Positions 35,675-48,324 of a stretch of 64,000 nucleotides of DNA are shown piece after piece. The position numbers and the translations under genes are program-made. The notes below the pieces were generated by a model. That model did not search any database. It was given only the letters and a program-made list of their open reading frames with translations, and was not told the DNA's origin. This DNA is from Nemertoderma westbladi (lineage: Eukaryota; Animalia; Xenacoelomorpha): NCBI GenBank assembly GCA_032718475.1, contig JAUCBJ010006880.1:50218-114217 (forward strand), written 5' to 3'. Each line of letters starts with the position of its first letter. Position 1 is the stretch's first letter.

Positions 35675-37961
35675 AATTTAAAAAATCTCAATTTAAATAT
35701 AAAACACAAATCAGTATTTTAAATAATATCAGCCTATTGTAGCGCGCGTTTTAATATTTATTAGATCACAATCGTTTACTAATATTCGTGAGACAAGATA
35801 ACAATTACTATTTTGATGACAACTCTTTCGCATACCACCAACAACTCTAACTAACTAATATATTATTATTATATTTATATTATTATATATTTTATACTAA
35901 TATATTATTTATCTACATCCTGTCAGGAAACTGACAATGTGGGAGTCCGTGCTGGACTCTAACTGCAGAGAATACTACATCTCTCAATCTGTGGGTGGCA
36001 CTTTCACAATAATGATGCGCCGGGTTTACTGTAATTTTATTGCAGGCTATACTTTAATAAAAGACAATCAGGCACAAATCGTGTCTTTGGATCTGGCTTC
36101 CGTTTTGCTCGAAATTAAGAAATGGGGTCTTTTTCTCCATACTCATGTTCTAGAATACACACCGAGGAATATCAATATCAGGATGTTATTTTTAATTGCC
36201 TTTTTAACTCACACAGATGGGTATATTATATCGTTGGAACTTTGAGTCATTCGTGCACTGTATCCAATATAACATAATTGTTGTGTGTATTTGCTAACGT
36301 TCGCTTACATTATAATTATTACTAGACAGACGTGGCCTTCGGCGGCCACTGGCTTTCTACTTAGTTGATGATCAACTGACTGACTCAGCCAAAACTACTC
36401 TAAACGACTTTGATGAAATTTTCTTAGCGGCTGGCTGGCCGGATTCGAAGGTCCCTTGCATGTTCCATGTTCGGCTACTATACCTCCATAACCCTCTGGG
36501 CTCGAAAAATATACATAAACGAAGAAACGCCATGGGCGCAATGATAAGAACACCAGCTGGTGCTCATGCAAATTTATAGTGATGAGGGGCTCAGTAATGA
36601 TATTCAATGGATAGGCCCAAACTGCAGAGAAGTATTATACTTGCCAAGTTTTAGTAAGGTTGAGTTTATTACTCTCTCATTCTATCCCAGACACTAATCA
36701 TAAGGAGGCTCAAAGAGCAGGGATAGTTACTGTCAGAAAATTTGTCAGTGAGGGATATACTGTATATAGCTATCCATAGTCTATCCATCCATATGCTATC
36801 TATCTATCCATATACCGGAATTGCAGTTTGGTACACCTCCTACCTAGCTTGTTTGATTAAATTTTGCAAGTACATTGTTTTGATGGTTCATAATCGCGTT
36901 ACAAAATTTCAGATCGAATCTAGGTTTGGTATTCGATATATTTCGTTTTTTTGATATTATTTTGTCGCGAAATTAAATGTATATAGACATTCATTGACTG
37001 CTGTGGCAAAGGAATACATAGTACATACTGTAGTACATATGTAAACAGTTGATGTTTGATTAATGTCTGTGATAGTGTGAGTGAGTAAACACAACCTTAC
37101 TAAAACTTGGCAAGTAACATACTTCTCTAGTTTGGGCGTATCCGCACCAGCTGGTATTTCTATCATTGAGTCTATGGCAATTTTCGTGTTATGGGGCTAT
37201 TTTTCGTAATAAAAAAAAAGACACTTTAATAATTTTTTCAAAACCTTTTTTCCATATCCTGGGGTTGAGCTCCGTCGATTGATATAACTTTCATTGACGG
37301 ACGAGCTATAGCTTCGGATGAGCTCACCTGATATACACATAAATAAATATTGATAGAGAATACATTTACAGTTAGAAGTCCTGACGGTCTTCTAATAATA
37401 ATTACTGCCTTATCATGATGGTTTTGCTCACAGTTAAAGCAATAAATGACTTACAAAGTTATATAGTAATTGTAATTTATCTAACAATTGGATCTTCTAT
37501 AACACATTATAAATGGATTTAAGTTAAGTTTACGGATATTGCGGAATGTTGCCGTTATCCCGACACCAGGGGGGGAAAACGCCGATGCTGGAGGCGGGGC
37601 TTTACAGACCACGGAGTCCCGGCCAGTCACCGGATATTGATTGTGGAGAAGGAGGAATTTCTTAGATGCAGGATTGCGGTTAAGGAAAAGTTGCATTGGT
37701 TGGATATACTCTTTAATGTAACTTCCTATAGTTGAACCCTGTTCAACACCATTGAACCCTGATTGAGAATAATTTTGGGCTTCCCCAAATCAATATACAC
37801 CAAATATTCACAATAATTATACACGACAATATAAATCCCTACAGTATATTATTTAATTACCCACTGTTCGCTCAGATTTTAGCCTAACTAATGTTCCCCA
37901 GATTTTCCCTCGGTCCTAGTCTTGATGCCGTAGTGTCGGTGTCGGTCGACCCTGTCGCGTG

Positions 37962-40900
37962 TGTTAGGCGACCGTGTAGTGGTCGGTAACAATGTTCAGT
38001 AGGCCACTGTCTGTACGTGACAGCAATGTAGGCCTGTCTGTCTGTGGTGTAAGAAACAAGATGTATGACATATGACAGTCTGTACTTCTATTCTGACAGT
38101 CTACTGTAATTATGTTACACAGTAAGCTGCACGGTACAAAGGTGCTATATTATGTTAGGTCCTCATTCCTAGTATCCTAACATCACCCCCACACAAAATG
38201 ATTTGTTATACTGTATGTATAATAAAGTTTTGAATTATGGGTACTCTACGTATCTCGAGTTTATCCACACATATAATTCTTCAACCAGTATATGTTGTTA
38301 TATTTAGTTCGAGTTCGTATAATTATTGAATTCATCAAACAGTATATTGTTTCCCACTTCGCAATGTTTTTATTACTTGACCTTGACCTTGAGTCTGTCC
38401 CGGTTCCCGCGTTGCTGGATACTGAGATTGTCCCTGCGAAATAGGATCAACTGAAGTACCTTCCTGTGTGGATCCTTGGGTCGGTTCCATGATGTCACCA
38501 CGTCCTGTTGCTAGTGGTAGACCGCCGGTTGGTACTCTTTTACCACTTCCGACACTGGGACCTGCTCCAGCGTGACGGCTCATCGTAGTAGTTGGATTCG
38601 AATTGGTAATGGATGTGGTACCTTCTTTGTCATTCCATGGGTTGTATCGACTCCTTATTTGGTTAACATTGCGTTTGACCAAAATATCACCAACTTTAAC
38701 CATGTATACTCGCGATCCAATCCTTTTTATTATTCGTCCCGGGAGCCACTTTACAATTATTTGCCCCCTACCCGGTCGACTATAGTTTTTTATCCAGACC
38801 GCTTCACCGATCTCGAATTTTCCACTTGTTTCGTCGCTTTTGTTACTCGTCACTGGATATTCCAATAACCGTTCTAACCGAGTCTTTGTAGGATATTGGA
38901 AAATTGATTCGTTCGGGGTTTTTCCTCTTGGTGTGTACAGTGAATTTCTATCCTGCATTAGGAAATTACTGATCTTATCTTGTATAGTATCGTTTTCGAT
39001 ACTGAACTTTTGTTTCTTCATCGAGTTCTTTATACTTTGCACAGTTCTTTCAGCAGCACCATTTGAAGTTGGTGAATAGAATGCGGAACTCCAATGAGTT
39101 ATACCGTTGTCTGTAAAGAAACTTTCTATTTCTGTTGAAATGAACTGTGGTCCATTATCACTAAATATTATCGCCGGAATTCCTGTAAATGCAAACATAT
39201 TTTTCATTTCTGTTATAATTGTAGAAGACTTTGCATTCTTTAATACTCTGGCATCTTTCCAACCAGAATACGTATCAACCATACCTAAAATCGTATGTTC
39301 TTCGAAATCTGCTAAATCTGTGTGAATTCGTTCAAATGCTGCCTTAGCTGTTGGTAATGACACATATTCTTGAGGTGGACTGTTGGCGAATTGTTGACAT
39401 GGTGTACACTCTTTGATGAATAACTTTATATCATCTACTATACCAGGCCACCAACAGATGTCTGCTGCTTTTGTGAGCATTCTTCTTTCTCCGATGTGTG
39501 CGGAATGTAGTTCCTTCATTACATGTGCCTGTAAGCTGGATGGTATTATAATTCGATTGCCACGCATAATTATTCCTTCTTTGATTGTAAGTTCAAATTC
39601 AATAGCTTTGTAATGACGTAACTCAGGATTATTTGTTTGTATCTTTTCGCCATATTCGACTGTGCGTTTCAAATGACGTAATCCCGGATCAGCCTCAGTA
39701 GCATCTTGTAATCCTTGTTTGGTTAAAGGAATGTCTACTATGTTTTGTTCCTGTTGTAAGTCCATAGCTCGAATGTCTATATCTGATTTATCCTTGTAAA
39801 TATTATCTTTGGTTGCAGGTGTAAGTCTTGATAATGCATCAGCAATATTCTCTTCTGAACTAATAGCTGTAACTGTGTAGTTATGAGCTGCTAGCTCAAC
39901 AGCCCAGTGTTGTAACCTTGAAACAGTCGTAGCAGGAAGCGCTTTTAATGGACCAAATATTCGTTTGAGTGGTCTGTTATCGGTAACGATTGTAAACTTA
40001 TGACCGATTAAGAATTGCTGGAATTTTCTTGTACCAAACATTATAGCAAGTGCTTCCCTGTCGAGCTGGCTATATTTTCTCTGATGCGTATCAAGTGTAG
40101 CTGATGCAAAAGCAACTGGTGTGAATTCACTTTTCTCATTAATCTGCCCCAATATGGCAGATACAGCCTTTTCAGACGCATCGGTGATTAATTCCGTTTT
40201 CATCGATGGATTAAAGTGAACCAGTAGTGTACAATTCGATATGGCCTCCTTCACATTATTGTATGCATTGTTGGCTTCTTTTGACCATTCAAATGGTGTA
40301 TCTTTCTGTAGTAATTTGTACAATGGGTTGGATATCTCCGCGTATTTGTGTACATACTTCCGTAAGTAATTCATAAAACCCAATGCACTTTGTAATTCTT
40401 TCTTTGTGGATGGAGGTTTCATATCCCTGACTGCTTGTACCTTCTTTGGATCTGGCAAAAATCCTTTGCTTGTAATTATATGCCCACAGAATTCCACTTC
40501 TGACTTCACAAATGAACATTTCTTCATTCCTATAGTAAGTCCAGCTTCCCTGAGTGCTGTAAACACTGTCTGGAGATCCCGTAAGTGCTCTTCCATATTG
40601 TTAGAAGCTATTAGAAACTCGTCCATGTATGATACTGAAATGTATTTGCTCAATGTACAATGAACAACTTTAAGACATTTGGCTGCAGCGGGAGTGATTC
40701 CATATGGCAACCTTGTAGGTTTTAACAATCCTAATGGTGTCGCTAATGTAAGCAGCGCTTGGCTTTCTTTATCGATTGGCAATTGGTTGTAAGCTTGTGC
40801 CATATCCAACTTCGTAAAAATTGTCTTGCCCTGCAGTTTGGCGGACATTTCCTCTTGAGACATTAAAGGGAAATAATCTTCTATGAGGTACTGATTTACA

Positions 40901-43179
40901 GTGCTCTTATAGTCCCCACAGATTCTGACGGATCCATCGTTTTTAGGCATAATTACTAATGGTGTAGCCCAATCAATGTTTTCTCCCTCATCTGTATGTA
41001 CTAGACGTCCTTCTTTTATGTCAATCTTTAATTGTTCTATGACTTTATCCTTGTATGCATGTGGGACTGATCTTGAATGAAGGAATTTGGGATTTGTGTT
41101 TGATGTTTTGATCCTAATTTGTAAAGGTTCTCCCTTATAACATCCCACACCAGTTAGAACCTCTGTAAATTCTTGTAACATGGTTTGTAACCGATATGGT
41201 AAATCTTTCGTGTCGAACTGAGTATTTTGGGTTTTAATATCCTGTTGTAACAACTCATCAATACTAGTTCCGCGGTGCACTAAATGTTGTAGCCAATATA
41301 GACCAAATAATGGTGAATTTTCGGTTTCACTCTCCTCTGCAATAATTAGCGGCATATTTTCTAACTTTGCCACATTTGTACCTGGGAATTCAACCACAAC
41401 GTAAATGACTCCCTTGATCCTGGCAGTTCCTTTGCAGTATCCACGTCATTTTGAAGGACAATCATGTAATTGTATATCTTGGAACTGTTCAATGTATTTG
41501 TTGTATGGTAATATGCTATGCTTAGCACCAGGATCGAATTCCATTTGTATTTTCTTATTATTTATAAGAATATCTAGTTGAATCGAATTAACTTTGGGTA
41601 AAGTCACTGTATTAATCTCAACTTCATTGCCTAAATCTTGTAAAATATCTGTATGTTTCATGAATAAATCGTCATTGTGCTCTCCTTCATCTATGTCAAC
41701 CATTCCAACTGAGCCTCTTTGACTGTTTGGCTTAAACTGATTAGATCCGGTTGCATTACGTTTTTTAAAACATGCCGTTTCAACATGTCCCTTAGCTTTG
41801 CAATATCGGCATATGATATGTTCTGGCATTCTGCATTCTGTAATTTTATGGCCTTGTTTTCCACAACGGTAGCAAGTAATCTGCCTACTTTGACTAACCT
41901 GCCGTGGTTGTGAAGTATATGAACTTGAACTACCTCTGCTAGTTCCTCCACGGTATCCTACACGACCCCGGCTGTTTCCAAACCGACCACGATTGGAGGA
42001 TCCTTGGTCTCTCTGACTTGTATTAACACGTTGTATCTCAATCTCTGATTTGTTTCTATCATACGCTATGTTGCGAGCTTCCTCAAAGCTAATTGCCGTA
42101 TTTAGCGCTTCAGGGAATGTATCTTCCTGCTTTTGTATCAATTCGGTTGCAACATGATTATCTATTAAACCAGCAGTCAGCTGTTCTCGTAATTGGCCAT
42201 CCAAATCTGTAAATTGACAATCTCTGGCAAGGTTACGCAATCTTTTTGCATAATCTGTAATGCTTTCCTCTTTTTGCTGTGTACACAGTCTGAATTTTCT
42301 CCTTGCTGCTTCCTTGGACTTGCCTTTGCGATAGTAAGTTGTAATGGTATCCAACAATGTATCAATTGGATCCTTTGTAATATCTGCTGGATATCGTAAA
42401 TCATTCAGCAGATCTAATGTTGCTAAACCGCAGTTCGAAATGAATATATCTGTCTTGGCTTGTTCTTCTTCTAATGCTGTCATTGCTGTATTGTCCGGTT
42501 TCACCCAGTTTGTAGTTCTGAGAATCGTACGGAACATAACCAAGTATGTCTCCCACCGGTCTTTCTCAGGGTTAAAAGGAGCACAAACGTTACTGTATTT
42601 AACGCCTCTGTAAGCCATTGTAATTTGTTGGCTAACTGTATTATTGTTGTATTGCTGAACAGCTGAAATTCTATTAGTAACTTGCTGAGGCTGACTGTAG
42701 CGTAGCCTGCAGACTGTCAAAGCAATGTATTCAGGTATTGCACTCGTTCTGAATTGTACAACTGTAGCTGTACTACCGGTACTGTAGACTGTAGGTAGGT
42801 AGGAGTGTAGGCCTACCGGTTTCCGGTCCGGTCAGACGGTACAGTTCAATCTTTGCAGTTTCATCTTCTGTATTGAAGAACACCAACGCATTATAATTAA
42901 ATGTACATAAGGTATAATTAAATTAATAATTGAGTTTATATTTATCGCAGCGCCAATTTGTTAGGCGACCGTGTAGTGGTCGGTAACAATGTTCAGTAGG
43001 CCACTGTCTGTACGTGACAGCAATGTAGGCCTGTCTGTCTGTGGTGTAAGAAACAAGATGTATGACATATGACAGTCTGTACTTCTATTCTGACAGTCTA
43101 CTGTAATTATGTTACACAGTAAGCTGCACGGTACAAAGGTGCTATATTATGTTAGGTCCTCATTCCTAGTATCCTAACA
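37962..43179 (-). mobile_element. Ty3/Gypsy LTR retrotransposon (Mag-like) nested in the Bel/Pao B LTR
   Basis: 221-bp apparently identical LTRs (37962-38182, 42959-43179); 5-bp TSD GCGTG; primer-binding site (PBS) TGGCGCTGCGA (tRNA-Ser-like); PPT TGTGGGGGTGA; two CCHC knuckles. Confidence 0.95.
38335..42618 (-). pseudogene. Gypsy gag-pol in a single frame, with a TGA at 41446-41448
   Basis: The two listed ORFs are in frame (..CPSK*RGYCKG..VVEFPG). Protease FDPGA, RT YMDE, RNase H TDAS, integrase HHCC and DDE. Confidence 0.88.
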
Positions 43180-44469
43180 GCGTGTCCATTCCACCCCTCC
43201 CGAACCCCGAAGGGATCGATCATCGAGAACCAGCACGGCTTGGCTAAGGGTCGGTCCAGTCGGTAGACTCTGTCGCGTATCCGTACCACCCCTCTCGAAC
43301 CCCGAAGGGATCGGTCATTGAGAACCAGTACGGCTTGGCTAGGAGTCTGTCGTGTCGGTGGACCCATTCGCGTGTCCGTCCCACCCCTCACGAACCCCGA
43401 AGGGGACGATCATCGAGAACCAGTACGGCTTGGCTAGGGGTCCGTCGGTTCATCGCAGAAACCCAACCACCTAGGCTTTCCGAGTCCCTTTCAGGCTCGT
43501 AGTCGCTTCGGTAGCCGAGAAACTGCTCCGAACAGTCGGTAGGCCGGTAGGCCGGTAGAGTCCAGTCCTTTGTCTTTCGACCCCGTCGCGTGTCCGTCCC
43601 ACCCCTCACGAACCCCGAAGGGAACGATCATCGAGAACCAGTACGGCTTGGCTAAGGGGTCTGTCGTCGGTTCCCGTCGCAAATCCCTGGTACAAGCAGC
43701 CGGCGTTCCGATGTCCTTTTCAGGCTCGTAATAACTGCTGTTGACCAGAGACCGCTAAGGGCAGTCCTCGTCAAACCCTTCCTCTGTTAGTCGGTAGACC
43801 CTTTCGCGTGTCCGTCCCACCCCTCACAAACCCCGAAGGGAACGATCATCGAGAACCAGTACGGCTTGGCTAGGGGTCTGTCGTGTCGTTTCCCGTCGCA
43901 AGTCCCTGACACAAGCAGCTGGCGTTCCGATGTCCTTTTCAGGCTCGTAATAACTGCTGTTGGCCAGGGACTGATAAGGGCAGTCCTTGTCCTTTAGGCC
44001 TGGCGCGTTACCAAATCCACCTCTACAGGCAGCAGGAAGTTGGCCAGGGCCTAATAGTAATCAGGCTAACCTGAATACTGCTTGAATTTTCTATCCCCCC
44101 TTGGCCCTTATAAACATGAAATTAGTCCCGTACCCTGTAAGTCGCCCCAAAGTTCGCCCATAAATCGCCCCCAGTTTATAGAATGTGCCCAAAACCCATG
44201 GTCCCGCACCCAGTAGTAATATCGGAATAATCATTTTAAATCAATACAAAAAATATTCAACTCGCGTTATGAAAAGTTGAAATACCGCGAACAGTCCCCC
44301 CCCCAATGACCTTCGTGAAGTCTGTCGGTAGATTGAGTTTGCGTAGGTCATTCCCAATATAAAAAACCCAAATTTAATATTGCATAGTTTTGATTAATTT
44401 GGCCTAGAGTTTATATATATATGTATAAAAATAAATGTTCAATAAATGTTCCTGGAATATCCCGATCCA

Positions 44470-47070
44470 CTATTTCTTTCTCTGATACGCCTTTCGCCTC
44501 TTCGCCCGTCGGCTCTCGACGATCGCTATAGCTGGTAGAGGAGCGTCAACATCCATCGTGAGCAACGCTTCGGCTTGTCTTCTGGCGGCTCTTCCTTTCG
44601 ATGGCATCGGGATCATATCGGTTCGTCGTTCCAACTCGGAGTTGCGAGCCTCGAGGAACCACTCTCCGTCACCGAACTCCTCTTTATACGAGTATAAGCG
44701 TCTAATGACTTCGAATGGGCCGAATAATCCAGCGCTCAGCAACAAATCCACGTAATGGAAAGGCAGCGTGGCCGACGTGTGGAGGCGTTCCGGGAAGGAG
44801 AAGTACCCGCACGCCATCTCCTGCGCGATATTCCGAGCGTTTCTCCGGACCTTGGTCTTTATGTGGCTGTTTGCGTATGTTTCAAACATGACCATATTTC
44901 CCATAGCGGTAACGTCTTTAGTAGGACATTTGATATAGCAGCGGGGGCTAGAGGAATGTCCACGGAAACCGCACGTGGTGCAGAGGTTATATAGGATCGG
45001 ACAGACGGAAACATCGTGGCCCGATGTCGCGCAGTATGGGCAATAGAGTATCCCGAGGAGCTGGAGGCATGAATCGGTAACCCGATTCCTTCTACCGCGT
45101 GGGCACTGCTCCGAACCACAGTCGCCGCACACCTCCAACTGCATCTCTCTACCGGGGAATATCGGAATCGGGACGCCGACGTAATACTCGAGTTGTCGGT
45201 CGCTCTTCTGAATATTTGCGGTGGTCGGTAGCCCGCGGAAGGCTGGGCTTTTGCGTAGTAGGTCCTCGCTACGATAACCTTATTTGTGTCCCATCGGTCT
45301 CAATTCGGACGACCGTTTCTGGCGGTGGATCCATTCGGTTTGCTCGGCGTACCAACGGGTTAGTCGCATAGGATCCTGAGGAACGGAGGGTGTAGTAGCC
45401 ACCGCTGGTCAGCGAAGAGGTGCCGAGGTTTTCGACGGAGGGATTCCGAGGAGATCGTCGGGAGTCGGCGCAGCGCTGGGGCCCTTCTCGACCAATATCG
45501 CTGAGCGGGTCCGTTGATTGCTGGTACTCGGAATCTCCGACGACCAGTCTTCGCCACCCGGGAAAGGATACGGGGATAACCTTTGGCACGTATCGCCGAA
45601 GTCATTTAACGCGAAGGTAGTAACCAACTCCCTCGCAGGTCTACCGAAGCCGAGTGGTGAGGAAACGCCCGCTTCTGTCGTTGGTACGGCGGAGGCAACC
45701 CGTTTGGCTGCCGGTTGGTAAGCGGCCTCCGGCTCGAGTTGTCGCTTCGGGGTGGAGAGAAGAACACCCTCATTTAGCCATATTTCTTCCCCTTCCGAAG
45801 AAATCAAAGGCTCCTCCGCACCGAGAAGATCGGTAATCGTAGGGATATCGTAAGGTCCGCTCTCGTCCCAGGAATCGATAACAGCGAGCGTTTTCGTCTC
45901 TCCCGGTGTGATGTTCTCGACCGCTTTGAATGCGTGGTTTATAACCTCGTTCCAGTCGTAGTCGACGAAGGAAAAGGGAACCGCCGTAATGAGATTATCA
46001 AGAGTTTTACAGATAAACTTAGCGACGGTGTAGCACTCCATAACGACGTAGATGTAGTTCCGTCGATCGGGATTCTCCCACCTTTGGTGTATCGTCCACT
46101 TCCGGTCAACGTCCTTCCATCGACCCTCTCGCTCGCTCTTTATTTCTAATCCCGGGTATCCACCATATATTTTATTATAATCCCGGAATTTCTGGGGTTT
46201 GAAGTCGATGCCGCCGTTTAGCACAGCGAGGTAGCCGATCCCGGATTTCGTCGGTCTCACCTCTTGGAATCCTCGCATGAACTCGGCGAATCGTAACCAG
46301 GCTAGTAGCGTTTGAGTGTCGACGCAATGGCTAAGGGCGTTGAGGTCGTCTCGTCAGTTTCTTCCTGAAGGAGCGTTCGCGTAGTCGTTCCGGACGTCTG
46401 CCTTTATATCCGACCCGATTTTAATGATGTCGAAGTCGAAGAGGATCTTTTGGATTTCCGGAGGTAGCAACCAGATCGCTCCGGCTGCCTGCACTTCCTG
46501 TCTGGGTGTCGGAAATATTCGACACACCAATACCAAACCGTCCAGGGTTCCGAGGACGACGACCAAGGATCGACCGTATTCTTTCGCCCCGTATTTTTCT
46601 TGGTAGTCGTCGCGATTTAGGATGGTCGATATACGTTCCTCTCGAAGCGTCGCCGTACACTCCGACAGGTTTCCCCAATGGGCAAGGTACGTACTCTTGT
46701 CGTCGACGAAACTTTGACATCTCGCCAATGTAATCGCTTTCGAGGTGGGCGTCGCGTTTCCCTCGTTGTCGTAGATCAAACATCGGGATCTGTAGACGCT
46801 CTGCCGGAACGTTTCCCAAAATGACGAATCGTCCCCTCCGGTTGCCTTTGCGTTCCGAGTTCTTTTCAGTCTCGTACTAGCATCGGCTAACCGGAGGGCT
46901 CGTAGATTCTTGGAATCCGGTCCCTCTCGCCCGGTGAATTTAACGACTCGCACGTTCTCATTTAGCAGGGTGCTCCAATTTGTATCAAAGTCAGGGGATC
47001 CAGGTTGCGAATATTCCAGTAGATCTATCGTGTTACGTAATTCGCCGATAATTTGGCGATTTGGGTCCAT
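44470..47070 (-). pseudogene. Extra ORF of Bel/Pao B: DEDDy 3'-5' exonuclease (WRN/EXD2/RNase D-like) plus Zn knuckles, 867 codons with three internal stops
   Basis: Three listed ORFs share one frame. ExoI LIYDNEG, ExoII LPPEIQKILFDFDIIKIGSDIKAD, CVDTQ, GIGYLA, ExoIII-like YIYVVMECY; CPYCATSGHDVSVC, CTTCGFRGH. Confidence 0.7.
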
Positions 47071-47599
47071 ATTTACGATTATATCCGTTACAAATTAGAT
47101 CAGTTAATTATAAGTCCAGAAAGTCTGAAACTATAGTGATTGCAGAATAATTCAGTTCAGTTTATTAAATAACATTGCTATATAGGCATCTATCATCTTA
47201 TTGCTAATACATTCAGCATTTACAGTTACTATAACTATACATTAATATCCAACCAGTTTTTTATGACTTTTTATGTCCTTTCTTTTTTCCAATTCTTTTC
47301 TTTAGACCTTTTTATACCTTTTTTTGTCTTTTTTCATTTCATTATTATTTCATCTCATTTCATTTATTTCAACATATTTCAACACATTTATTTCCACCAT
47401 TTATTTCACAATTTTGTCTATTTCCACATCATCATTGGGGTTATAGCCCCCCGGCTATCATCATTTGTTATAAGCGCAGCACCAGGGTGCGCATCATTAC
47501 ATTTTCATCATCATACGCGTCACCATTCATGTTTATAGTAGAGTTGTCTGATCCTTTTCATCATTTCCAACTACATTCAATCATCTTCTTTGGGAAATC

Positions 47600-48035
47600 T
47601 TTGTCGTGGAAGGGGTGTTACGCGGCAATCTGGGATCTACAGCTGGGCTAGTTACACTGCCTACGCCCCAAACTGCGCACGTAACGGACAATGAAGACGC
47701 TGGGAGTGAAGTCACGTGGATGCACCATGGACCCACCAGAATAACACTCCCAACAACATAAAGCTCAGTCGACGAAGTCATGTGGGATGGGGTTACACAA
47801 CATTCTGGGATCTACAGCTGGACTAGTTACACCGCCTACGCCCCAAAATCCACGCAACGGTCCCACCAGAATAACGGGACTGAGAAACATAAAACCCTCT
47901 ATCGTCGAAGTCATGTGGATGCACCATGGACCCACCAGAATAACGGGATAGAGGGGGTGTTGCGCGGCAATCCAGGATCTACAGCTGGACTAGTTACACC
48001 GCCTACGCCCCGAACTGCGCACGCAACGGACAACA
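47600..48035. repeat. Three degenerate direct repeats between pol and the extra ORF
   Basis: GGATCTACAGCTGG.CTAGTTACAC.GCCTACGCCCC at about 47633, 47808 and 47975. Confidence 0.8.
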
Positions 48036-48324
48036 TAACATACTGCGATGAATACAATGAATTCCACTTCAAATCTTTTCCATTTCCAATAATCCAATAT
48101 CGTCGGTCCCCATGACCAAAATCAGGGTAAACAATACATAAACGACCCTGCGTCAGTCGAAACATCTGCAGGGTGACGCTGGACTCCACATAACACACGA
48201 GGAAACACAAATACCATTGCGTGGTTACAGTTGGTTTAAGGGGGGTCCATTTTCATTGTCGATAAATCACAGTTTAATAGAGTTTGTCAACATGATGAGA
48301 AGGGTTTACACGGGTTTAGCATTG

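Larger units (their letters stand above)
31970..35850 (-). mobile_element. Near full-length two-ORF APE-type LINE, clade unresolved
   Basis: TSD CTAACTAATATATT at 31956-31969 and 35851-35864; short A tail; ORF1 and ORF2. Confidence 0.9.
37547..44293 (-). repeat. 3' LTR of Bel/Pao B (about 1.52 kb without the nested Gypsy)
   Basis: TGTTGCCG...CGCGAACA ends, same as 55402-56698. Confidence 0.93.

Noticed and set aside
37262-37328. Three-stem fold near the Penelope-like region, possible ribozyme
   Set aside because: No hammerhead CTGATGA/GAAA core or other recognisable catalytic motif on either strand.
41446-41448. TGA-C between the Gypsy ORFs as programmed readthrough
   Set aside because: It falls inside the protease region, where a Leu is expected, rather than at the gag end; a nonsense mutation is more likely.
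44470-47070. Extra Bel/Pao ORF as an envelope gene
   Set aside because: No evident signal peptide or transmembrane anchor; motifs fit a nuclease with Zn knuckles.
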